A DNA stretch of 64,000 bases, taken from the NCBI GenBank assembly GCA_963706955.1, contig CAVPOC010000014.1, forward strand, positions 1 through 64,000, in the 5' to 3' direction. The DNA is from an uncultured Verrucomicrobiae bacterium (lineage in GTDB: Bacteria; Verrucomicrobiota; Verrucomicrobiia; Chthoniobacterales; Terrimicrobiaceae). This document shows, one piece after another, positions 43,192-52,644 of the stretch. The number at the start of each line of letters is the position of its first letter. The stretch's first letter is position 1. The notes under the pieces are model-generated. The model saw only the letters and a list, made by a program, of their open reading frames with translations, ran no database searches and was not told the DNA's origin. Made by a program: the position numbers and the translations under genes.

Positions 43192-43634
43192 ACAAAAGCC
43201 CTTCAAGCGATTCGAGCCTCGAAAAGCTAGCAGTTTTTTTCTGCACGATTCGCAATGAGTCGCTAAAGTTCGCTGCCAGAGGCGCCACCCTCTCATAGGA
43301 TTGGAGCCGGCCCGCGAACCGCATGCGTCCTCGACTTTGAATAAAATGGCGAGGTTTGTAATCGTAACCAACTGCCAAGGGAGCGTTCCGTCGCGTGGCG
43401 GTTTTGTTTAGCGATGGTAATTTCACGCCGCATTACACTCCGGCGCTCCCAGGGTCCAACTCGCCCTCATCACTTCGATGCTAAGAGCGGGGATAGCTCC
43501 CGCAATTAAACACTTGGATAGAACGATGCGGGAACTCATTGTCCCGGCCCGCACACTTGATTGGAGCCACCCTTACTCTCAGGAGATCAGCGAACTCGAA
43601 ATCACAAAAACACCCACCCGTCAGCGAAAACCCC

Positions 43635-44828
43635 ATGCAGCTCGAAAGCTTTACGACATTCAATCTCGCAATCCTCGTCCTTGCCCTGGGCAGCTGGCTG
43701 AATAGCAGAATTGGAATCCTGCGGGACTTCAATATCCCTGAGCCTGTAACCAGCGGCCTGCTCGTTTGTGTTGTCACCGCGTTGCTGTATTGGTTTGTTG
43801 GGCTCGAAATCTCGTTTAGCCTCGCCACTCGCGACTTCCTGCTTCTCTATTTCTTCGCCTCGATCGGCTTAAACTCGGACATCAAGACCCTTTGGGCAGG
43901 CGGTATCCCCCTCTTGATTCTTGTGGCGGTGACTATTGGATTCATGCTTCTGCAAAATCTCACGGGCATAGCCGTGGCCACATCCTTGGGGCTGGACGCC
44001 TTGGTCGGCTTGCTCGGAGGCTCCGTTTCGTTGCTCGGAGGCCACGGTACCAGCATCGCGTGGGCTCCGACATTTGCGGAAAAACACGGAATCCCCAACG
44101 CGACCGAGATTGGTATCGCCTGCGCGACGCTCGGCTTGGTGATCTCTTCTCTGATCGGAGGTCCGATCGCGCGGTTCCTGATCACTCGGCATGGCTTGGA
44201 GCCAAAGGTCATCCATCAGCCGGACGTTGGCGTCACCTATGACGCGAAGATAGAGGAGATCGGATATTACAAGATGCTTAGCACGCTCTTCTGGCTCAAC
44301 ATGAGCCTTGCGCTCGGCAGCCTTCTGCAAACAGGGCTGCGTTATATCGGCGCTAACCTTCCTCTCTTTGTTTGCTCGCTCTTCGCGGCGATTATCCTGA
44401 CGAACACGGTCCCGCAAATCTTAAAGACGCCATGGCCTGCGGGAACCCGGTCGCTGGCGCTGGTATCGGATGTTTCCCTGGGGGTATTTCTAGCAATGTC
44501 CCTAATGAGTTTGCAGCTATGGACCATCGTTGATGTCGCCGGACCCATTCTCGCGATCCTGACCGCGCAGACGATCCTCGCTGTGTTCTTTGCACTGTTT
44601 GTCATCTTTCGTGTTATGGGCCGCGACTACGAAGCGGCCGTCATCTGCTCGGGCTTCGCCGGCATTTCGCTCGGCGCGACCCCCACCGCCATGGCTAACA
44701 TGACAGCCGTTGCCAAAAAGTACGGCCAGGCGCACCGCGCGTTCATTATCGTGCCGCTCGTCTCGGGGTTCTTCGTGGACATTGCAAATGCCATCGTCAT
44801 CTCCCGCTTCCTGGCTTGGTTCGGCTAG
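43635..44828 (+). CDS. gltS: Sodium/glutamate symporter
   Basis: FNIPEPVT, GGHGT, GGPIA, LMSLQLW, LGATPTAMANM, AFIIVPLV. Confidence 0.93.
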   Translation: MQLESFTTFNLAILVLALGSWLNSRIGILRDFNIPEPVTSGLLVCVVTALLYWFVGLEISFSLATRDFLLLYFFASIGLNSDIKTLWAGGIPLLILVAVTIGFMLLQNLTGIAVATSLGLDALVGLLGGSVSLLGGHGTSIAWAPTFAEKHGIPNATEIGIACATLGLVISSLIGGPIARFLITRHGLEPKVIHQPDVGVTYDAKIEEIGYYKMLSTLFWLNMSLALGSLLQTGLRYIGANLPLFVCSLFAAIILTNTVPQILKTPWPAGTRSLALVSDVSLGVFLAMSLMSLQLWTIVDVAGPILAILTAQTILAVFFALFVIFRVMGRDYEAAVICSGFAGISLGATPTAMANMTAVAKKYGQAHRAFIIVPLVSGFFVDIANAIVISRFLAWFG

Positions 44829-44871
44829 CACCTTCAGAAAACCTCGTGCCAGTTCTTAGACCTGAGACGCC

Positions 44872-45882
44872 TCAGCGTCTGCTTGTCTCAGGGAGGAGGT
44901 CGCGGTCGTTTGGTCGGGAGGCAAACAGATTCAAACCGAGTCGCTCAGAAAGAAACCTGGCCACTAGCTGACCCTTGACACTATTGCCGGCAGCGTCGAG
45001 TCGCGGGGCAAAAACGCCGAGTCCACCTTTGCCCGGAGACACGGCGACCATTCCGCCGCTGACACCGCTCTTGCCAGGCAGCCCAGTGTCATACAACCAA
45101 TCGCCCGAATTCTCGTAGAGTCCTGCCGTCACCATCACTGCCAGGACGTGTTGGCAATGAATCGCGTCGATGACACGGTGGCTGGTGACAGGATTGATGC
45201 CCCCGTTGGCCAAAGTGGCAGCCATGACTGCGAGATCCCTTGTCGTGACGCTCAGCGAGCATTGTTTGGTGTAAACTTCCGTCGACCCTGCCGGATCAAA
45301 ATAGATCCGACCATATGTCTGAAGCAATTTAGCGATGCCTTGGTTCCGTTGGTTGGCGGCCGCCTCAGAATGATAGACCTCGCTATTAAGTCTAAGGTTC
45401 CGTCCGGCGAATGCGGATAGACCGTCGCGGATGAATTGCCACTTGCTGTCTGCGGTTGCCCCGGGCGCTAGGCTGGCTGCGGCGATCGCTCCGGCATTAA
45501 CCATCGGATTTGTGGTTCCCTCGTCAGTTCGCTCGATGGCGATGACCGAATTAAATGGCAGCCCGGTACTATTTACCCCGAGCTTTTCCCGCGCCTCGTC
45601 CTCACCAATCGCCTGACAAACCAAAGCAAAAACGAACGGTTTGGAAACGCTTTGAATGGAGAACTCATAGTTCGTGTCCCCCATTGCGTGAACGACGCCG
45701 TTGACCCCGGTCACACCCACTCCGAACAGATCGCTCGGAACTTCGGCGAGCGCGGGAATGTAGTCGGCATTCTGGCCGTCATTCACTCCACGAAAGCGCT
45801 CATAGGCTTCGGCCACCAGGGCCGCCACGCGTTCAGACGACGGCAGGTGACCTGTCGATACGGACGAAGGATTGGTCAACAT
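44872..45882 (-). CDS. glsA: Glutaminase A
   Basis: ADYIPALA, FSIQSVSKPF, NPMVNAGAI, YTKQCS, GLPGKSGVSGG. Confidence 0.93.
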   Translation of the reverse strand: MLTNPSSVSTGHLPSSERVAALVAEAYERFRGVNDGQNADYIPALAEVPSDLFGVGVTGVNGVVHAMGDTNYEFSIQSVSKPFVFALVCQAIGEDEAREKLGVNSTGLPFNSVIAIERTDEGTTNPMVNAGAIAAASLAPGATADSKWQFIRDGLSAFAGRNLRLNSEVYHSEAAANQRNQGIAKLLQTYGRIYFDPAGSTEVYTKQCSLSVTTRDLAVMAATLANGGINPVTSHRVIDAIHCQHVLAVMVTAGLYENSGDWLYDTGLPGKSGVSGGMVAVSPGKGGLGVFAPRLDAAGNSVKGQLVARFLSERLGLNLFASRPNDRDLLPETSRR

Positions 45883-46012
45883 CACGGTGAGACTATGCGC
45901 AGCGTTCTCGACGCAACAATCGGTCAGTGCAAGACGATCGGCCGCCATTGAGTCTCTGAACTCCAATTCCCAGATACAACGCGAGATTCGCCTTGTCGAC
46001 ACGATCGAAAGG

Positions 46013-46528
46013 ATGAGGATGCGCGGCATGTTCTCATGGAGCGCTCACGGGATCCGAGATCTCTTGCTTTACCAGGCGATTCGGTTTTTCCGACTGCGAG
46101 GAACTCGTGAGAAGGCCGCCCGAGGTTTTGCCATCGGGCTGGCCTGCAATTTTTATCCGACCTTTGGTTTGGGTGGTATCTTGGGAGGGTTCCTCGCGCG
46201 CTTGTCCGGCGGAAGCCTGGTCGCCGGATTTATCGGAGGAACCACCCTCGCGTTTATCTGGCCGATCGTCTTCTACATCAATATCCGCACCGGGGCCCTC
46301 TTCCTTAGACCGGCCATCGTCATCGACGACCTCGAGGACGTAACCGAGAGAACAATGAGTGCGCTGCTTTGGGGAAAGACCTTTGCTATCGGTGCAATCG
46401 TCAACAGCCTTGTTGCGATTCTTATATCCTATCTACTATTTCTTTTGATGTTCGAGAAAGTCCGAACGCCTGCATTGAAGTGGCTGCGAGAGCGCGTCCG
46501 CCGTCGCAAAGTCTCGAGCGGGCGTTAA
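46013..46528 (+). CDS. DUF2062 family membrane protein
   Basis: LRGTREKAARGFAIGL..PTFG; hydrophobic helices. Confidence 0.75.
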   Translation: MRMRGMFSWSAHGIRDLLLYQAIRFFRLRGTREKAARGFAIGLACNFYPTFGLGGILGGFLARLSGGSLVAGFIGGTTLAFIWPIVFYINIRTGALFLRPAIVIDDLEDVTERTMSALLWGKTFAIGAIVNSLVAILISYLLFLLMFEKVRTPALKWLRERVRRRKVSSGR

Positions 46529-46529
46529 C

Positions 46530-48023
46530 CTACGGCGGCTGCTGGAGCGGCCCGGTGTCAACTGGGAGCGGCGGGAGAACGAGTTCCTCGATACGCCCGA
46601 GCAAATAAGGAAAGAAGGGATTTGATGACTCGCGAAAGAGCATGTCGAGGCTCACGATGAGAGTTCCCCGCTCTCCCCTTCCGGCGATCGCCCCCAAGTT
46701 GACTCCGAAGCTCTCGTTGGGATCGGGTTCCGATCCATACAACGAATCCGTAGTCGGAAATGGAAGGGCGATGTGCGAGAGCGAATACGTATCGGCCGGA
46801 TAGGCCAACCCCAGATCTTTGAGCTTTTCCGTCGTCTCTCCCGCCTCGGTTGAACGTTCCACGACATTGCTGCTGTCCGGAGTGGCATTGGTCACAATCG
46901 CCGTCCGGAAGTTTCGTGGCGCCTTCGGCAGCAGTCGATCGAGGATCGTCTCCAACTCGGGACGTACCAGTGGTCCGAACTTCGTATTTCGATTTAAATC
47001 GAACAGGACAAGCTCGCTCCCATTCTTAGGGAGGCGATTATAAAATGTTGAGATGACGGCACTCGTGCTGACGGTGGAATCTATCACCGATTGAAAGGTG
47101 ACTACCGGTGGCAATTCGTCTAGTCGAGCTTCACGGGCGTAACGGACGATCCTCCTTTGCATTGCATCAGTAAGAAGAAACGATTGCCGCGCTGCGTTGA
47201 CGGGAAACGAATTATACTTGAATGGGTTGAACTCCGGCAACACGCTTAACCAAGCGGCCTTGGCGAAGGCGGGAAAGATCGCAGGAAGACCGGCCAGCCC
47301 AGCGAAACGCGCAAAGGCGGTAATTCCAATCATCGGCGAAATTAGTATGAGTCGGTCTGGCCGCGCCAGATCCCTATCCCCCAGGGCGTCGAGAGCGTAG
47401 ATCAAGGCTAACGCCCCGCCATTCGAATAACCAACCAGGTGCAGGGGAACTGAGGGACCAGCACGCCGTCTGGCCTCCCGCACCGCCAAGCGGGTGGCCG
47501 CCAGCCACTCTTCCCACTCCACGTCCGCTAGTGCTCCCGGCACGGTCCCGTGGCCGGGTAGCCTGATGACTACGGCAAGGTAGCCATGATCGCGATAGCT
47601 TTGAGCGATGTGGCGCAGACTGTAAGGGGAATCTGTCAAGCCGTGAAGAAGCACAGCGGCACCGACCACCGGTCCATTCGGTTCCAGAAGAAATGAACGA
47701 TTCCAATCCTGCGAAAAATGGCCGGGATAGACCGGACTCCCTTCAAAATAACGATTGGCTGGAACACGGTCCTCGGGAGCAAGCTTCTCGGTAACGTTTT
47801 CTCGGACTGTCTCGAAGACCGAATCTTCGGACTTCATATATTCATTCCAGTCCGCTTGATTGAGCTCCTTGATGCTTAGCTCGCGAGGCATGGACGTATG
47901 CCAGGGACGCAGTGGCGGACCTCGCTGAGTGTCATAAATACGGACGACAAGAAAAGTTGTCAGGATCACCAGGAGGAAAAGCGCTCCGCTTTTCAGAATC
48001 CTTAACAACCAGGAAAGCATCAC
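46530..48023 (-). CDS. Alpha/beta hydrolase, membrane-anchored
   Basis: LLHGLTDSPYS, GHGT, GYSNGG, SLSH. Confidence 0.85.
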   Translation of the reverse strand: MMLSWLLRILKSGALFLLVILTTFLVVRIYDTQRGPPLRPWHTSMPRELSIKELNQADWNEYMKSEDSVFETVRENVTEKLAPEDRVPANRYFEGSPVYPGHFSQDWNRSFLLEPNGPVVGAAVLLHGLTDSPYSLRHIAQSYRDHGYLAVVIRLPGHGTVPGALADVEWEEWLAATRLAVREARRRAGPSVPLHLVGYSNGGALALIYALDALGDRDLARPDRLILISPMIGITAFARFAGLAGLPAIFPAFAKAAWLSVLPEFNPFKYNSFPVNAARQSFLLTDAMQRRIVRYAREARLDELPPVVTFQSVIDSTVSTSAVISTFYNRLPKNGSELVLFDLNRNTKFGPLVRPELETILDRLLPKAPRNFRTAIVTNATPDSSNVVERSTEAGETTEKLKDLGLAYPADTYSLSHIALPFPTTDSLYGSEPDPNESFGVNLGAIAGRGERGTLIVSLDMLFRESSNPFFPYLLGRIEELVLPPLPVDTGPLQQPP

Positions 48024-48392
48024 GCTGGCCGTTCGGGCTCGATGGAAGAATCGCGCAGAGCGACACTTTCAAGCGCTTCCAATCTGGTTTGGTGAAGCGC
48101 TAGAGCGGCAACTGACGAGAGGTCGAAGCCTGAGCGCTTTTGCTGCGCCAACCAGTCACCGGCCATATTGTCAAAAACGTATCACCAAAAGTTTAAAGGG
48201 GCTTTCTGATCCATGAGGACCGCTATCAGAGATGCCCACGAGAGACAATATAGTTGCTAGTTGCTAACAAACCCGTTGGCATGCGAGCGGGTTCCTGCCA
48301 CATCGAAACCCTTGACGCGTGCTCGTCTGCCGATAATCCAGATGCAAACACCATACCGGAATATGCCTTTTGCACCTGAGATTGCTCGGAAA

Positions 48393-49577
48393 ATGAGACG
48401 GATGCTTTTGTTTGCAGTGTTGATAATCGTTTCCTCAGGCCATGCTTTGGCGTGGAAAGATGGCGAGCTTTTGATCTGGATCAGCGACAATCGCGGCTAT
48501 CGCGCGCTCGTCGAACTCGGTCAGAAATTTGAAAAAGAGTTTGGCGTCTCGGTGGAGGTGCAGACCCAGGATGATATCACCAACAAATTTCAGGCTGCCG
48601 CTCAGGCCCTGAAAGGTCCGGACATCTTTTTTTGGGCCAACGATCGAATCGGTGAATGGGCCGATGCCGGCTTACTGAGGCCGCTAAAAATTCGGTCGAA
48701 GTTCAAGGGGGCGTTCGTTCCCATGGCGTGGGACGCGGTCACACACAAAAATCAGATCTGGGGATACCCTCTCGCCCTCGAATGTGTCTCACTGATCTAC
48801 AACAAGAGGCTTGTTCCGGAAAAGCCACCGGATCAACTCTCGGAGTTCGCCGCCTTCGACAAACAATTGAAGGCGCAACATCCGGGAGCAACGGCCATCA
48901 TGTGGGAGTATGCCTCACCCTATTTTAGTTTTCCGTTTCTCGCGAGCGCCGGGGCTTATCCGTTCAAGAGAACTGCCAGCGGTTACGATCTCGAAGACAT
49001 CGGCGTCAACAATGCCGGAGCGATCGCCGGTCTCACGGCAATCATTGACCTCATCAACGCGGGGGTGCTCCCGAAAGGTTCGACGCAGAGCATTTCCGAA
49101 CAAAAAATGAGCAGCGGCCTGCTTGCGACGATGGTCAACGGCCCGTGGATATGGACGGATCTTCGCAAGAGCGGGATCGACTTCGCATTGGCACCGCTTC
49201 CCGGAGTTGGCGGCAATCCGGGCAAGCCGTTTGTGGGAGTTCTCGCCGCGCTTATAAACCGTTCGAGTCCGAATGCCGACTTTGCTGTCGAGTTTCTTGA
49301 GAAATATGTCTGCACCAAGAAAGGCCTCACCGCCATCGATACCGAGGCTCCCCTGGGCGTGCCCGCACTTAAGGCTCTCGCCGAGGAGATGAGTGCCACA
49401 AATCCTCTGATAAAGGGCACCTACGAAAATGTCCGAAACGGAATGGTGATGCCCAACATTCCCCAGATGGGAAAGTTCTGGAGTTCGATGAAAGCGGCTT
49501 TCGAGCTTGCGACCAGCGGTCGAGCCAGTCCCGAGGCCGCCTTGAAAGCCGCCCGGAAGAGCATGAAGAGCAAGTAA
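48393..49577 (+). CDS. malE: Maltose/maltodextrin ABC transporter substrate-binding protein
   Basis: GELLIWI..RGY..LGQKFEKE, GPDIFFWANDR, KPFVGVL, MPNIPQM..FW, closely tracking E. coli MalE. Confidence 0.85.
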   Translation: MRRMLLFAVLIIVSSGHALAWKDGELLIWISDNRGYRALVELGQKFEKEFGVSVEVQTQDDITNKFQAAAQALKGPDIFFWANDRIGEWADAGLLRPLKIRSKFKGAFVPMAWDAVTHKNQIWGYPLALECVSLIYNKRLVPEKPPDQLSEFAAFDKQLKAQHPGATAIMWEYASPYFSFPFLASAGAYPFKRTASGYDLEDIGVNNAGAIAGLTAIIDLINAGVLPKGSTQSISEQKMSSGLLATMVNGPWIWTDLRKSGIDFALAPLPGVGGNPGKPFVGVLAALINRSSPNADFAVEFLEKYVCTKKGLTAIDTEAPLGVPALKALAEEMSATNPLIKGTYENVRNGMVMPNIPQMGKFWSSMKAAFELATSGRASPEAALKAARKSMKSK

Positions 49578-49819
49578 AATCACCCGGGGAGAGATGTTCT
49601 CGCGCATCGAATCACGGAGCCAGTCGAGTCGCAGTTCGGCTTGACCCAATCGACCAAGCCCACGGAAGCAGAAATTACCGAGGATCCTGGCTCGTCCTGC
49701 GAGACATTCTTCGTGACATCAAGAACCCGAATAATTGCGCTTCCAAAGTCACGCTGTTTGGCTCAGCCAAAGGCGAGAATCGATGCCATCCTTTCCTCGC
49801 CGCCAGGCGTATCGTCTGC

Positions 49820-51242
49820 ATGAGAGTGTTATTAACTGGTGCAAACGGCTATATCGGCCTTCGCTTACTCCCAGAGTTGCTCGCGGCAGGACACGATGTT
49901 TTTGCGGCTGTCAGGGATCCGCGGAGGTTGCCGGTGGCGGAATTCGAGAAGATGCCCGGCCGGCTCCAGACCGTCGAATTGGATTTGTTGGAAGGTCCGC
50001 TGTCGTTCCCGAAAGATGTCGACGTTGCTTATTACCTCGTTCACTCGATGGGAAGTGGAGGTGATTTCGCGAAACGCGAGGAAGACGTTGCTCGGAATTT
50101 TGCGGCCGCTATCGAGAGAACGGATTGTCGGCAGGTCATATTCCTTGGCGGGCTGCTGCCGGAAGGAGGCCACCTTTCGCCGCACCTACGATCTCGACAG
50201 CGAGTAGGAGAACTGCTCTCCCGCTCAGCAGTCCCTCTAACCACGTTGCGCGCCTCGATCATCGTCGGCAGTGGGAGCGCGTCATTCGAGATTGTCCGCG
50301 ATTTAGTCGAGAAGCTGCCAGTAATGCTAACCCCACGCTGGACTCGCAATCTCTGCCAACCGATCGCCATCCGGAACGTGATCCGCTACCTATTGGGCGT
50401 GGCCTTAGTGCGGCAAACCTTCGGTCGTGTCTTTGAAATTGGCGGACCGGAAAGTCTTTCTTACGAAACTCTCCTCAAACAATACGCGCAAATGCGCGGT
50501 CTCCATCGCACGATTATTTCAGTGCCTTTCTTGACCCTTCGGCTCTCCTCGCTTTGGTTATTCTTCGTTACAAATACGAGCTTTCCTATCGCTCGTGCCC
50601 TTGTCGATAGCTTGACCCATGAGACGGTTTGCCGTGAAAGCGCTATTACCGAGATTGTCCCGCAGGTGCTGTTAACTTACCGGGAGGCGATCGAAAAGGC
50701 CTTTGCGCGAATCGCTCAAAATCGCGTCCCGTCCTCTTGGTGCGACGCCTTGGTCTCGGGGCGATTATCGCCTCAGCTCTGGAGATCGATTCACGTCCCC
50801 GAGCACGGTGTCCTGCGCGATCAGCAAAAGCAACCGCTGTCGCGAGGGAGGGAAGCGGCCCTCGATGCGATTTGGACGCTTGGAGGTCAGGCGGGGTGGC
50901 CATCAATGAATTGGGCTTGGAGACTGCGAGGCGCAATCGATCGGCTTTTCGGAGGGACTGGGTTACGACGTGGACGCCGCCATCCTAGTCTATTGAATCC
51001 AGGAGATGTCCTCGATTTCTGGAGAGTGTTGCTCGCCGATCGTGCGGCCGGACGTTTGATCCTCTATGGAGAGATGAGATTGCCGGGCGAAGCATGGTTG
51101 GAATTTGAAGTATCGGAGCGTGAACTGGTGCAAACCGCGACGTTTCGACCCCGCGGACTATACGGACGAGCGGTACTGGTATCTTTGCTTTCCCTTTCAC
51201 GCCTTCCTGTTTCCGCGAATGGCCCGGCAATTGGTATGCTAG
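49820..51242 (+). CDS. YbjT-like SDR oxidoreductase with C-terminal DUF2867, frameshift near the end
   Basis: TGANGYIG, YYLVHSM, GSGSASFE, DFWRV, EMRLPGEAWLEF; true tail YWYLCFPFHAFLF..* lies in another frame. Confidence 0.85.
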
Positions 51243-51665
51243 AAGCACGTTGTCCGACCGACGTGTCATCTTTTCACTAATTGGCGGAATGACCGGATCG
51301 GACAGGTACCTTTTGGGCGAACCGACATTCTGGCGCGAGATGACCTCGCCAACGACGGGGCGAGAGCTGGATGAATACTCATCTTCAGCGCAGCATGCCC
51401 GCGAGTTAGTCACAGCCGATATGATCCGGTCTCAATGCTGCGAGCAAGCCGTTGCGCTTTGGCAGCCGACTTCACCTGCCGTGCTTTTGAGTGACTTTCG
51501 CCATAGCCAATAGAGCGGTGATCATTGGCCGTGAATCGCTTTGAATCCCATCGTGCATTTTTCAGATGCGTTCTTGTCAGTCGGTCGAGAAGGAGACGAT
51601 GTAGACAGACCGAAGACTTGGCTGGACGCGCTCTGGAACGAAAGAGCCACTGACATCGATTCGCT

Positions 51666-52406
51666 ATGAAAAACCCACTCTCAAAAATCGCCATCGTCAC
51701 CGGCGCTTCACGCGGCATCGGCGCCGCCATATCCCGTCGCCTGGCGGCCGACGGGTTTTGCGTAATCGTCAACTATGCCGGGTCAGCCGATGCTGCCGAG
51801 TCGCTGGCGTCCGAGATCGAGAAAGCCGGAAGCCGCGCACTTGCGGTCAGGGCGGATGTTAGTGATCCGATCGCCGTCAAAACGATGTTCGACATTGCGG
51901 AGAAAGAGTTTGGCGGAGCGGATGTGCTGGTGAACAACGCCGGTATCATGCTGCTCTCGCCGATCGCGGAGACGACCGATGAATTGTTCGATCGACAGAT
52001 CGCCATCAACTTGAAAGGCGTATTCAACGGCATGCACGAGGCCGCCCAGCGCCTACGAAGTGGCGGACGGATCATCAGCTTCTCCTCCAGCGTCGTCGGC
52101 CTTTATCAGCCGACGTATGCCGTCTATGCGGCCGCAAAGGCGGGTGTCGAAGCCCTGACTCATGTGCTCTCGAAAGAACTGCGAGGCCGGAACATCACTG
52201 TTAACGCGGTTGCTCCTGGCCCGACGGCGACCGAGCTGTTCCTCAAGGGCAAGCCGCAGGAGGTCATTGATCATCTCTCAAAACTACCCCCCCTGGAGCG
52301 CTTAGGTCAGCCGGAAGACATCGCAAACGCGGTCGCCTTCTTAGCCGGACCCGACGGCGCATGGGTCAACGGCCAAGTGCTCCGCGTCAATGGCGGAATC
52401 ATTTGA
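51666..52406 (+). CDS. SDR family oxidoreductase
   Basis: TGASRGIG, NNAG, YAAAK, VAPGP. Confidence 0.92.
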   Translation: MKNPLSKIAIVTGASRGIGAAISRRLAADGFCVIVNYAGSADAAESLASEIEKAGSRALAVRADVSDPIAVKTMFDIAEKEFGGADVLVNNAGIMLLSPIAETTDELFDRQIAINLKGVFNGMHEAAQRLRSGGRIISFSSSVVGLYQPTYAVYAAAKAGVEALTHVLSKELRGRNITVNAVAPGPTATELFLKGKPQEVIDHLSKLPPLERLGQPEDIANAVAFLAGPDGAWVNGQVLRVNGGII

Positions 52407-52437
52407 AAGCTTCCACCGAGACCGTGTTGCCATGAAA

Positions 52438-52504
52438 TAGGACTGACTCGGCTGCCTCGGCCTGCGGGCTACTTTTCGTGAGTCTGCAAGCTGTTGGCTC
52501 CTGA
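52438..52504 (-). repeat. Decayed copy of the tRNA-Asn-linked repeat / att-like site
   Basis: taggactgactcggctgc..cctgcgggct..agtctg and aagctgttggctcctga match the 147-bp unit at 59192. Confidence 0.7.
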
Positions 52505-52544
52505 CGACGATTCAAGGGCCTACGGAACTCTTCCACTGTTGGGA

Positions 52545-52574
52545 TTGACCAGCCTGGCAATCCTCAACCATAAT
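52545..52574 (+). promoter_or_regulatory. Candidate sigma70 promoter for the DUF4157 gene
   Basis: TTGACC-18nt-CATAAT about 70 bp upstream of ATG 52645. Confidence 0.35.
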
Positions 52575-52644
52575 TTACCTGTGAGCGCGCTTCCTCAGGC
52601 GGGTCTCGGAAAAACAGAGCCGCAAAGTAGTATGACCCGGTAAT

